A stretch of DNA of 63,932 bases, the filler included, from Chiloscyllium plagiosum (lineage: Eukaryota), in NCBI RefSeq assembly GCF_004010195.1. It is 5 parts of one record of this genome, joined end to end, with 100 filler letters (N's around TTAATTAATTAA, not from the genome) between each part and the next. Parts side by side here need not be neighbours in the genome. Positions count along the whole stretch, not along the records: positions 8,585 to 14,469 come from NC_057711.1; positions 14,570 to 35,616 come from NC_057711.1; 3 more parts are not named here. One strand, 5' to 3'. This document shows positions 11,857 through 22,537 of the stretch, one piece after another. The notes under the pieces were generated by a model. That model searched no databases. It was not told the DNA's origin and was given only the letters and a program-made list of their open reading frames with translations. The stretch's first letter is position 1, and each line of letters begins with the position of its first letter. The position numbers were made by a program, and so were the translations under genes.

Positions 11857-12205
11857 CTTTTTATTCACTCATGGGATATAGGCATCTCTGGCAAGGCCAG
11901 CATTTATTGCCTATCCAGCAGTTAAGAGTCAACCACATTGCTGTGGGTCTGGAGTCACATGTAGGCCAGACTAGGTGAGGATGGCAGTTTCCTTCCTGAC
12001 AGGACATTAGTGAACCAGATGGGTTTTTTTTTCTGACAATCGACAATGGTTTCATGGTCATCATTAGACTCTTAATTCCGAGATTCTTTATTGAATTCAC
12101 ATTCCACCATCTACCATGATAGGATTTTGAACCCGGGTCCCCAGATCATTCACTGAGTTTCTGGGTTAATTATCTGGCAATAATACCACCCGGCCATTGA
12201 CTGCC
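11857..12205 (-). mobile_element. tRNA-derived SINE with a conserved central domain and a LINE-shared tail
   Basis: Minus strand has a B-box (GGGTTCAAAATCC), central CCATCTGGTTCACTAATGTCC...GGAAGGAAACTGCCATCCT...TCTGGCCTACATGTGACTCCAG, and 3' AATAAATGCTGGCC...GAATAAAAA. Confidence 0.75.
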
Positions 12206-12242
12206 CAATTTCCAGGTGAATAGTTTAAGCAATTTAATATAG

Positions 12243-12640
12243 TGTTATGACCGAGTTATGAACAGTGAATGAATTCATTTCTTTTTTCCACTCCTCCCCG
12301 GTCACAACAGTGTTCATTTTAAAAGAGGGCGGGGGTTGCTATTGTCAAATACAAATATCAGACTGCATACAACTTAACATCAGAAACAAGTCAACCAGGT
12401 TCGTTAAACGATCAAGAAAGAAATAATTTATTGCAAGCAAAACTTACACAAGCCAAGATGTAAAAATTATTAACAAAGTTAATTTACTTATTATGCACTT
12501 AATAACTTATTAACTGTACAAATATGTACAATTACAACAAAGGCTCATTGTGAAAACTGAAGCATACACATACACACACCTACACACACACGCACGCACA
12601 CAGAGAAATATACACACACACACACAAAAACACACAACTA
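12243..12640 (-). mobile_element. Probable solo LTR, left portion; may resume at about 15244-15321 after the CR1 insertion
   Basis: Begins TGTTATGACC; TTTATT (antisense polyA signal) at about 12427; right portion ends GGCCATAA, an inverted match to the start. Confidence 0.4.
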
Positions 12641-12659
12641 GGTAAAAACTAGAGTAAAA

Positions 12660-14469
12660 ATAGGCACGAGGTCCGGCTCTGAGGCCCAGAAGGGAAAGGG
12701 GGAGAGGAGGAGAGCGCTAGTTATAGGAGACTCTATTGTTAGAGGGACAGACAAGCGGTTCTGTGGACATGGGCGAGACTCTCGGATGGTTTGTTGCTTC
12801 CCGGGTGCCAGGGTCCGAGACATCTCGGACCGTGTCTTCAGAATCCTTAAGGGGGAGGGTGTGCAGCCAGAAGTCGTGGTGCACATTGGCACCAACGACA
12901 TAGGTAGGAAGAGGGGTGGGGAGGTCATTCAGGAGCTCAGGGAGTTAGGCTGGAAGCTAAAAGCTAGGACGGACAGAGTCGTCAACTCTGGGTTGTTGCC
13001 AGTGCCACGTGACAGTGAGGCAAGGAATAGGGAGAGAGTGCAGTTGAACGATGGTGTAGGAGGGAGGGCTTCAGGTATTTGAACAATTGGACTGCATTCT
13101 GGGGAAGGTGGGACATGTACAAGCAGGATGGGTTGCACCTGAACAAGAAGGGCACCAATATCATGGGAGGTAGGTTTGCTAGCACTCTTTGGGGGGGTTT
13201 AAACTAATTTGGCAGGGGGATGGGATCCGGACTTGTAGTCCAGCAAGTAGGTTTGCTGTTTTTCAGGATGTCCGAGAATGTAGGGAGGCTGTGAAGAAGG
13301 TAGCACTGACAGGGAATACTTGCGGACACAGAGATGGGCTCAAGTGTGTATACTTCAACGCAAGGAGTATCAGAAATAAGGTTGGTGAACTTAAGGCGTG
13401 GATCGGTACTTGGGACTACAACATGGGTGATTTCAACTTCCCGAATATTGATTGGAAGCTCTTTAGATCAAGTAGATTGGACAGGGTGGTGTTTGTGCAG
13501 TGTGTCCAGGAAGCTTTTCTAACTCAGTATGTAGATTGTCCGACCAGAGGGGAGGCCATATTGGATTTGGTACTTGGTAACAAACCGGGACAAGTGATGG
13601 GCTTGTTAGTGGGTGAACATTTTGGTGATGGTGACCACAATTCTGTGACTTTCACTTTGGTTATGGAAAGAGATAGGTGCGTGCAACAGGGTAGGTTTTA
13701 CAATTGAGGGAAGGGTAAATACGATGCTGCAAGACAGGATCTGAGGAGCATAAATTGGGAGCATAGGCTGTCAGGGAAGGATGTTGTTGAAATGTGGAAT
13801 TTTTTCAAGGAACAGGTATAACTTGTCCTTGATATGTATATACCTGTCAGGCAGGAAAGAGATGGTCGTGTGAGGGAACCTTGGTTCACGAGGGAGGTTG
13901 AATATCTTGTAAGGAGGAAGAAGGAGGCTTACATAAGGTTGAGGAAACAAGGTTCAGACAGAGCGTTGGAGGGATACAGGATAGCCAGGAGGGAGCTGAA
14001 GAAAGGGATTAGGAGAGCTAAGAGAGGGCATGAAAAATCTTTGGCGAGTCGGATCGAGGATAACCCCAAGGCCTTTTATGCGTATGTGAGAAACATGAGA
14101 ATGACGAGAACGAGGGTAGGTCCGATCAAGGACAGTAGAGAGAGACTGTGTATTGAGTCGGAAGAGATAGGAGAGGTCTTGAATGAGTATTTTTCTTCAG
14201 TATTTACAAATGAGAGGGACCATATTTTTGAAGTGGAGAGTATGAAACGGACTGGTAAGCTAGAGGAGATACTTGTTAGGAAGGAAGATGTGTTGGGCAT
14301 TTTGAAAAACTTGAGGATAGACAAGTCCCCCGGGCCTGACAGGATATATCCTAGGATTATGTGGGGAGCAAGAGAGGAAATTGCAGAACCGTTGGCAATG
14401 ATCTTTTCGTCTTCACTGTCAATGGGGGTGGTGCCAGGGGACTGGAGAGTGGCGAATGTTGTACCCCTG
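12660..14469 (+). mobile_element. CR1/HER1-type LINE: ORF1 SGNH-esterase domain plus ORF2 (deleted APE endonuclease, start of RT), disrupted
   Basis: VIGDSIVRG, VCCFPGARV, VVHIGTND and DGLHLN (ORF1 esterase); YFNARSIRNK, MGDFNFPNIDW, PTRGEAILDLVL, KSPGPD and PGDWRVANVVPL (ORF2); stops and frameshifts present. Confidence 0.92.
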
Positions 14470-14569
14470 NNNNNNNNNNNNNNNNNNNNNNNNNNNNNNN
14501 NNNNNNNNNNNNNTTAATTAATTAANNNNNNNNNNNNNNNNNNNNNNNNNNNNNNNNNNNNNNNNNNNN
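14470..14569. other. Assembly gap spacer
   Basis: 100 nt: N-run, TTAATTAATTAA, N-run. Confidence 0.97.
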
Positions 14570-15243
14570 TGGAATGCTCTGCCAGTAGCAGTGGTGGACT
14601 CTCCCTCTTTATGGGCATTTAAACGGGCATTGGATAGGCATATGGAGGATAGTGGATTAGTATAGGTTAGGTGGGCTTGGATCGGCGCAACATCGAGGGC
14701 CAAAGGGCCTGTACTGCGCTGTATTCTTCTATGTTCTATGTTCTATGTTCTATACTATAGGAACGATGTGGAGGCACTGGAACGGGTGCAGAGGAGGTTT
14801 ACCAGGATATTGCCTGGTATGGTAGGAAGATCGTATGAGGAAAGGCTGAGGCACTTGCGGCTGTTTTCATTGGAGAAAAGAAGGTTTAGGGGTGACTTGA
14901 TAGAGGTGTACAAGATGATTAGGGGTTTAGATAGGGTTACCATGAGAACCTTTTTCCACGTATGGAGTCAGCTATTACGAGGGGCCATACCTTTAAATTA
15001 AGGGGTGGTAGGTATAGGACAGATGTTAGGGGTAGATTCTTTACTCAGCGAGTCGTGAGTTCATGGAATGCCCTGCCAGTAGCAGTGGTGGACTCTCCCT
15101 CTTTATGGGCATTTAATGGGCATTGGATAGGCATATGGAGGATAGTGGGCTAGTGTAGGGTAGGTGAGCTTGGATCGGCGCAACATCGAGGGCCAAAGGG
15201 CCTGTACTGCACTGTATTTTTCTATTTTCTATGTTCTATGTCC
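14570..15243 (+). mobile_element. Two head-to-tail young CR1 3' ends (14570-14752 and 14750-15243)
   Basis: LERVQRRFTR...RGDLIEVYK...FFTQRVVSSWNALP; both end in (TTCTATG)n; near-identical to 53470-54256. Confidence 0.9.
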
Positions 15244-15374
15244 TATAGTGTCTTTGAGTCAACCTCCTGGCTAACAAGAGTTGGAGTAATTTGTCCAAGT
15301 GCTTCATGAATCTGGCCATAAATGTTCTGCAGAATGTTCAACAGAGATATCTAATTGGTAAATGTAAAGTCAGC

Positions 15375-15570
15375 AGAGTCTTCGTAAACAATGGTGCTGG
15401 TCTCTCATCTGAGAAAGACGACTGGTGGTGGTTACCACACCTCAGACAAGGGAAAAGATTGAGAAGGAGAGTCCTTCATGGTACCCTCAGCCAGATGCAG
15501 GAATTGAGCCCACATTGTTGATATCACTTCACATTACGAGCTGTAGAGCCAACTGAGCTAACCGACCCCT
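15375..15570 (-). mobile_element. tRNA-derived SINE; a second, more decayed copy lies on + at about 45690-45870
   Basis: Minus strand GGGGTCGGTTAGCTCAGTTGG (A box) ... GGGCTCAATTCC (B box). Confidence 0.65.
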
Positions 15571-16789
15571 TTTGTCCAATTGAGGGAAATTATAATCATT
15601 ATGATTATTCTATTAGCAAGACAGCAGTGTTAAAGGAACAATAGTCACTGCAGCAGAAAATGTGGTATAATTCCATAGATCTTTGGGCTTCAATTCTACA
15701 TGGACTTCAGGAAGTATTTCTTTGCACAGGGTAAATCCACAGCTGGAATGTGTTGCTAGAAAAATGGTAGCAGCAGCCAAAACATTGAGCACAATTATGA
15801 AACAGCTCAGTGTTGTAATGAACATATGTTTGTGTAGGTATTTTTGAAGGTTGAGATCAAATAGGTCAAACAGTTTTCTTCACCTACTCTCTTGGTAATT
15901 TGGAAAATGACTCCAGTCCAATTTCTGGAGGACATCAGGCAGCGTTAGAATTGGATTGCACCACTTCTCAACTCTGTTTATAATAGAAGCAATGACTTGA
16001 CTCCAAATTTCTACTGCAAAAGCTGTTATCCACTTCAGGACAGAGAAATTGGTGTTTTCCACTCTCAGCTCATTTTCTCAATAATCTTAATGATTGACTG
16101 CCCCAGTGGAGTAAAACATATATCCATTTCAGAAGAGTGGACTTATAATAGTGACAGTCTTCACAGACTGAAACTGATCGTGTATCCTTTCTCTCTTGGA
16201 TGAGTATTTACTCTTCTAGGATAAAGAAAAATATTATGGAAATTAAGGTAGAATGGACTAAAAGTGACTTAAATTACCCATACCCTTACCATTGGCTGTC
16301 TATGATATAGCATGTCAGGCTTTAAATCTGAACTGTTTCTAGCTGCAATTAAGTGACTTCAACAGTTGTTGGATAGCTCCTCCACTCCAACTTTTACATG
16401 GCTAAATCTAGCTCTCTATTCCGAGAGCAGGATTGTAAACTAATGATTTCATAGATTGATAAAAAGAGACATAAGTAATCATAGTTCACATTCCAAACTA
16501 CAAGAAAACTACAAGTAAAAGTGGATTAATAATACACCCTCACTTGTGTGTTCTACTTGCAAATTAATTCCTCTAAAATGAATGAATGCATCCCTATGTC
16601 AGGAAGCCTCTCAAAATAGAATTATTTGTACAAGTAATAGTGATTGTTCAGGATTTATAGTGGGCTAATTATACACAGTTCCTGTATTTATTTTGGATTG
16701 GATTTAACCCTTTCAATACATGTAGTTAGCCTACACAATAAAGACAGTACTAGTTCCTACTCTGGTACTGGGTTGCAAATGAAGCCAGA

Positions 16790-17580
16790 GCCATTGATCT
16801 GTAGACTTCATCACAGCCCTGACTCAAACATAGACCTGAAAAGAATTGAATTCAAGAGGGAGATCAGAGTAACTGTCATTGATATCAAGGTATATTGGAC
16901 CAATAGTGGCATAAAGGAAGCCTTGCAAATACAAAGTTAACAGAAATCAAGGGAAAAGTTATCCCCTCATTGCAGTCATACCAAGCACAAAGGAAAATGG
17001 TGGTGGTTGTTAGCAGTAAATCGGAGTTGTATTCTAGGCCCATCTTCTTCATCAGAAACATTCCCTCCATCACGGAGGGATGGCGGCATGGTGGCTCAGT
17101 GGTTAGCACTGCTGCCTCACAGCACCAGAGTCCCAGGTCTGATTCTAGCCTCGGGTGACCATCTGTGTGGAGTTTGCACATTCTCCCCATGTCTGCGTGG
17201 GTTTCCTCCCACAGTCCAAAGATGTGCAGGTCAGGTGAATTGGCCATGCTAAATTGCCCATAGTATCAGGTGCATTAGTCAGAGGGAAATGGGTTGTGTG
17301 GGTTTCTCTTCGGGGGGTCGGTGTGGACTGGTTGGGCTGAAGGGCCTGTTTCCACACTGTAGGGAATCTAATCTAATCTAATCTAATAACATTGGAGATT
17401 GGGATGATTGCTGATAGCTGTACAATATTCAGCACCATTCACAACTCCTCAGATATTGAAATAGTCCATGATCATATTTGACATGACCTAGACAATATCC
17501 TGGATTGGGTTGATAAGTGGGAAATAATGTTGGCACCACACAATGCCAGACAATGAACATCTTCAAAGGAAAGAATCTAT
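16790..17580 (+). mobile_element. Degraded CR1/L2-group LINE fragment split by an HE1 SINE
   Basis: Similar to 5360-5960 (AGAGGGGAGATCAGAGTAACTGTCATTGATATCAAGG...; GACCTAGACAATATCC...GATAAGTGG). Confidence 0.6.
17077..17387 (+). mobile_element. Full-length HE1-type V-SINE
   Basis: tRNA head GGTGGCTCAGTGGTTAGCACTGCTGCCTCACAGC, V-domain TGTGTGGAGTTTGCACATTCTCCCC, CR1-type tail and (AATCT)n. Confidence 0.9.
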
Positions 17581-17689
17581 TAATGAATGAACAATACAAA
17601 CTACTTCCCCACTCATCTTGGTATGTTAGATTCGAGGTTTTTTGAGTCTCTTTCAGACTGTGGAATCCCTTTGAAATTCTCCCCAGGAA

Positions 17690-19220
17690 TAAAGAACAAA
17701 GAAGAACAAAGAAAATTACAGCCCTTTGGCCCTCTAAGCCTGCACGGATCCTCTATCTAAACCTGTTAACTATTTTCCGAGAATCTGTATTCCTCTGCTC
17801 CCTGTGCATTCATGTATCCGTCTAGATACATCTTAAATGATGCTATCGTGCCCACCTCTCCCGCCTCTGCTGGCAACACGTTTCAGGCACCCACCACCCT
17901 CTGTGTAAAGACCTTTCCGCACATATTTCCCTTAAACTTCGCCCCTCTCACCTTAAACTTGTGACCCCTAGAAATTGAGTCTCCCAATCTGGGAAAAAGC
18001 TTCTTGCTTTTCCAGCCTGTCTATATCTCTCATGATTTTGAAGGCCTCAATCAGGACCCCCTCAACCTCCGTCTTTCTAATGAAAATAATCCTAATCTAC
18101 TCAACCTCTCTTTATAGCTAGCACCTTCCATACTAAACAACATCTTGGTGAACGTCCTCTGCACCCTCTCCAAAACATCCACATCCTTTTAGTAATGTGG
18201 CAACTGGAACTGTATGCAGTATTCCAAATGTGGCCGAACCAAAGTCCGATACAACTGTAACATGACCTACCATCTCTTGTACTCAGTGCCCCATCTGATG
18301 AAGAAAAGTATGCTGTATGCCTTCTTGACTATTCGATCGACCTGTGTTACCATCTTCAATGTACAATGAACCTGAACACCCAGATTTCTCTATACATCCC
18401 AGGTCTTTTCCATTTACTGTTTAGTTTGGTCTTGAACTGGATCTTCCAAAATGCATCACCTTGCATTTGCCCGAATTGAACTCCATCTGCCATTCATCTG
18501 CCCAAATCTCCAATCTATCTATGTTCTGCTGCATTCTTTGACAATCTCTTTCTCTATCTGCTACTCCATCAATCTTAGTGTAATCTGAAAACTTGCTAAT
18601 CAGACCACCTATACCTTCCTCGAGATTATTTATGTATATCACAACCAACAGTGGTCCCAGCATGGATCCCTGTGGAACACCACTGGTCACAGTTTTCCAT
18701 TTTGAGCAACTTCCTTCTCTCTACTATTCTCTGTCTCTTGCTGCCCAGCCAATTCTATACCCATCTAGCTGGACCCCATGCAACTTCACTTTCTCCATCA
18801 GCCTACCATGGGAAACCTTATCAAATACATTGCTGAAGTCCATGTATATGACATCTACAGCCCTTCCCTCATCAATCAACATTGTCACTTCCTCAAAGAA
18901 TTCTATAAAGTTGGTAAGACATGACCTTCCCTGCACAAAACCAAATTGCCTATCACTGACAAGCCCTTTTCTCCCAAATGTAAATCGATCCTATCCCTCA
19001 GTATCTTCTCCAACAGCTTCCCTACCATTGACATCAGACTCACCAGTCTATAATTACCTGGATTACCCCTACTACTCTTCTTAAACAAGGGGACAACATT
19101 AACAATTCTCTCCTCCTCTGGAACCTTACCCATGTTCAAGGATGCTGCAAAGATATCTGTTAAGACCCCAGCTATTTTCTCTCTCACTTCCCTCTGTAAT
19201 CTGGGATACATCCCATCCAT
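17690..19220 (-). mobile_element. CR1 LINE ORF2 RT and 3' end, disrupted
   Basis: NYRLVSLMSMVGKLLE, GRSCLTN, YMDFSNVFDKV, SGVPQGSMLGPLL, KFSDYTK, WQMEFN. Confidence 0.92.
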
Positions 19221-19959
19221 CAACTCAGTTTAGTGGATCTCTGAGTGAGCCTCATGGACTAATGAGACTTGGTGGCCTGCTCCCCTGAGCTCAGCTTGGC
19301 AAAAAAATGGCCAGCACCAGCAAAATGACACGCCAGTTGCTGCAAGTTTTCTTTTGCCTCTTTCCAGGACCTCATCAGGACCTAAACATTCAGCCCCATG
19401 CTGGATGCTGACAAAAGGGGAAGAAGTCAGGGGGGTAAGAAATTAACAATGTAGGTCTGCTGTCCGTTCATCCACTGCTCAATGAATTCATATATGAAAT
19501 GGGAAAGGAAGAGCAATTAAGGACAAAATGATGGTGTAAAAGTGGAAGCATATTTTTTATTGCCAAAGTATATAATCCTCCTATATACACAAAAGAGTTA
19601 TAATTATACTCTATATGTAAATTGTACAGACCATTTGTGAAAGGATCAAGAGGGGAAAAAGGGATGAATTTGACGTAATTGGCAACAGAAGTAAGCTCCT
19701 TCATGGTGAGAAGGAGCCTGAGAATGTGGTAAAGGTAGGTTCAACTGATGCATTCAAAGGAAGGCAGACTTATTTGAAAAGAACAATGTGCACGGCTACA
19801 TGCACAAGGCAGGAGAATGGCACAAGGTAAATTGCTTTTCGGAAAGCTGATATAGACATAATGGGCTGAGTAATAATTCTGCAAATCTGAGCTATTTATG
19901 CATAACCATTTTATTTTTTGGCTCTTAATAGATTATAATAAATCATCACTTATGACGAA

Positions 19960-20362
19960 TAAAGGCAAGATGCTGGAAATCTGAGATAAAAACAAACAAT
20001 GCTGGAAAAATCAGCATATCTACCAGCATCTGTGGAGAGAGAAACAAAGTTAATATTTTGAGTCTGATATAACTCTTCTTCTGAATTATAGGACATCACC
20101 TGTGATGGTTTAGCTGTGATACAGAGTTCCATGTTCCTTAGCAGAGTCAACATGGCAAGATTGCCTTGATTGTCTGACTGTGCTACAAGTTAAACATGAA
20201 AACCAAAGAACTGCTGATGATGGAAAGCAACAAACAGGAATTGCTGGAGAAACTCGGTAGATCTGGCAGCATCTGTGGAGAGAAAGGAAAATTAAAGTTT
20301 TGTATCTGGTGACCCTGCTCGAAACCTTAATTGAGCTGAGTTTCTCCAGCATTTTGTTTTTT
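19960..20362. mobile_element. Two PLE-terminus family B remnants (19960-20085 on -, and a fold-back at 20197-20362)
   Basis: GATGCTGGAAATCTG...GCATCTGTGGAGAGAGAAAC...; the second copy has GCTGGAGAAACTC and inverted GAGTTTCTCCAGC. Confidence 0.6.
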
Positions 20363-20554
20363 GTACTATATGTTAACAGTGCACTGTGGGATCGGAATCC
20401 TGCTTCGGCCAACCGAGTAAGACTGGCAGATTCCCTTGTGTAAGGGGCATGAACAAACCTTTTTAGGTTTATGTATTAATCCAGAAGTTTTCTGTGACAT
20501 TTTTGTTATTTGTTCTGGCTCCAGCCGAGCAAAATTTCTTGAAAGTAAGACTGG

Positions 20555-21300
20555 AGGGGTTATAAGGAGAGCTTGGATAGGCTACGACTTTTTTTTCCCT
20601 TGGAGCATAGGAGGCTGAGAGGTGACCTTATAGAGGTTTGCAAAATGATGAGGGGCATAGATAAGGTGAATAGCCAAGGTCTGTTCCCTGGGGTAGGGAG
20701 TCTAAAACTAGGCATTAAGGTGAGAGGCAAATTTTACACAAGGAATGTGGGAGGTATATAGAATGAGCTGCCAGTGGAAGTGGTAAAGGCAGGTACAATT
20801 ATAACATTTAAATCATATTTGGACAGATACATGGACAGGAAAGGCTATCAATCAACCACACCGCCCTGTGGCCCAACATTTCAACTCCCCCTCCCACTCT
20901 GCCGAGGACATGGAGGTCCTGGGCCTCCTTCACCGCTGCTCCCTCACCACCAGACGCCTGGAGGAAGAACACCTCATCTTCCGCCTCAGAACACTTCAAC
21001 CCCAGGGCATCAATGTGGACTCACTTATCTCTCCACCCTTCAGACGCTCTGCCTGTATTCCTGATGAAGGGTTTTTGCACGAAACGTCGATTTCACTGCT
21101 CCTCGGATGCTGCCTGAACTGCTGTGCTTTTCCAGCACCACTCTAATCCAGACACTGGTTTCCAGCATCTGCAGTCATTGTTTTTTACTTAGAGGAATAT
21201 GGACCAAGTTAAGGTAAATGGGACTAGTTCAGTTTAGGAGATCAGCGCAGCATTTAGGAGGTGGGCCAAAGGGTCTGACTCCGTGCTGTGTGAAGCTATG
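20555..21300 (+). mobile_element. CR1 3' end interrupted by a Penelope insertion
   Basis: RRLRGDLIEVCKMMRGIDKV; sequence continues across the insert (AGGAAAGGCT | TAGAGGAATATGG). Confidence 0.8.
20848..21189 (+). mobile_element. 5'-truncated Penelope-like element: GIY-YIG C-terminus plus hammerhead-bearing 3' end
   Basis: PVAQHFNSPSHSAEDMEVLGL...RRLEEEHLIFRLRTLQPQGINVD; CTGATGA AGGGTTTTTGCAC GAAACGTC at 21061-21088 (one stem II mismatch). Confidence 0.88.
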
Positions 21301-21989
21301 AAAGCAACTTTCCAGCTTATCATGGGAGTTTTGAAACTTCTATCAGCCGACAAACGGTGTGCCAACCAGAACATGCAGTCTCCATAGATAAACAAGGACA
21401 ACAGGTCCTTCCTGCGGAAATAGATGGGGTTCAGGTTTCTATCGATACCTGTGAAGAGAGATCTTGGGCGCGGGAGGCCGAGGAACATCATCCAGCCATT
21501 TCTTCTGGAAGTGGTAGCGGGTTCCTCGCAACTCTCACCAGTTGAGCTTGGGAAAGCGGTCGCTGTTTGCAGCGCGGAGCAGACTGTGAATGGGGAGGTT
21601 TTCCCTGCAGTCCCGCGTTAACCCCATCTAACAGCAATAAATAAGACTTTACTGGGTACCATTGGGGCTGGCACACAAGGGTTAACCAGAGCAGGGCGCT
21701 GCATAACATTGACCTGCCAGAAATGAACACACACATACTATATATATAATGGATATTATATATACATATATATTCGGTGTTGTTAGTAATTAGATGCATC
21801 CTATCGCACGGCAGCTTCAGAAAACAAGTAGAAAGCCATTATTCACCAGCAAGTTTATTTATGGCTGACCCCTTAAATCATTGCATCGTAGATGCACTGA
21901 TTGGACACAGCATGAAAGGACGGGCGCTCTGCATCAGCTTAGGCAGGGAGAGGAGGGGAGGAGGGGGGTGGGGGCATGTGTGCGTGTGG

Positions 21990-22175
21990 AAGCTCGCCGC
22001 CCGCTCTCACAGTCAAACCGACAACGCTGAGAACCCAGAGAGAGGGAGAGAGAAGAGACGCCTTCAGCATCCCGTCTCCACCCCACCCCGTGCAGGGCTT
22101 GTTCAGGGCAGCCGCTGGCCATGAGGGGCATTGTGTCCAGGCTCCAGGGGAAGCCGGCTCTCCCCAGCTGCTGAG
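21990..22175 (+). other. Putative first exon (start approximate)
   Basis: Lies downstream of the CCAAT box and G-rich tract, and ends at a consensus donor CTGAG|GTAAGG (GT at 22176). Confidence 0.5.
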
Positions 22176-22512
22176 GTAAGGTCGGTGTGGCGGCGCCGGG
22201 CCATGTGTACGCTTGTCAGAGAAACAGGGATCAGCCGCCGCCAGGCTTCCCCCCACCACATACACACAGCGCAGCGATCTGCTCTCCCTGCGTGTGTGTC
22301 CCTTGTCTCTGACTGCATCGGCCCTGAGTGTCTGAGGGTGCATCCTTCAGTCAGGGGATCTGCGAAGTTTAATTTTCTGTGGCGCGCATTGTTTGGGTTC
22401 TTTGAAGTAAGCGTTCGCAGTTCCTGCTGTAACAAGCGTTTTAAGACGAGCGTGCTCGCTTGCTGAACAGGAGTGGAAGTTGGGAGACTTTTAATGATTT
22501 TACAAACTTTTC

Positions 22513-22537
22513 TGTGTGTGTGTGTGTGTGTGTGTGT
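22513..22537. repeat. (TG)n microsatellite
   Basis: Direct reading. Confidence 0.9.

Noticed and set aside
17077..17150. tRNA-like sequences here and at 15500-15570, 28075-28140 and 58510-58575
   Set aside because: SINE heads followed by SINE bodies; no complete cloverleaf, so not tRNA genes.
22169..22175. TGC-TGA before the donor as a possible Cys-Sec motif
   Set aside because: No selenoprotein similarity and no SECIS evidence in the window; a uORF stop is simpler.
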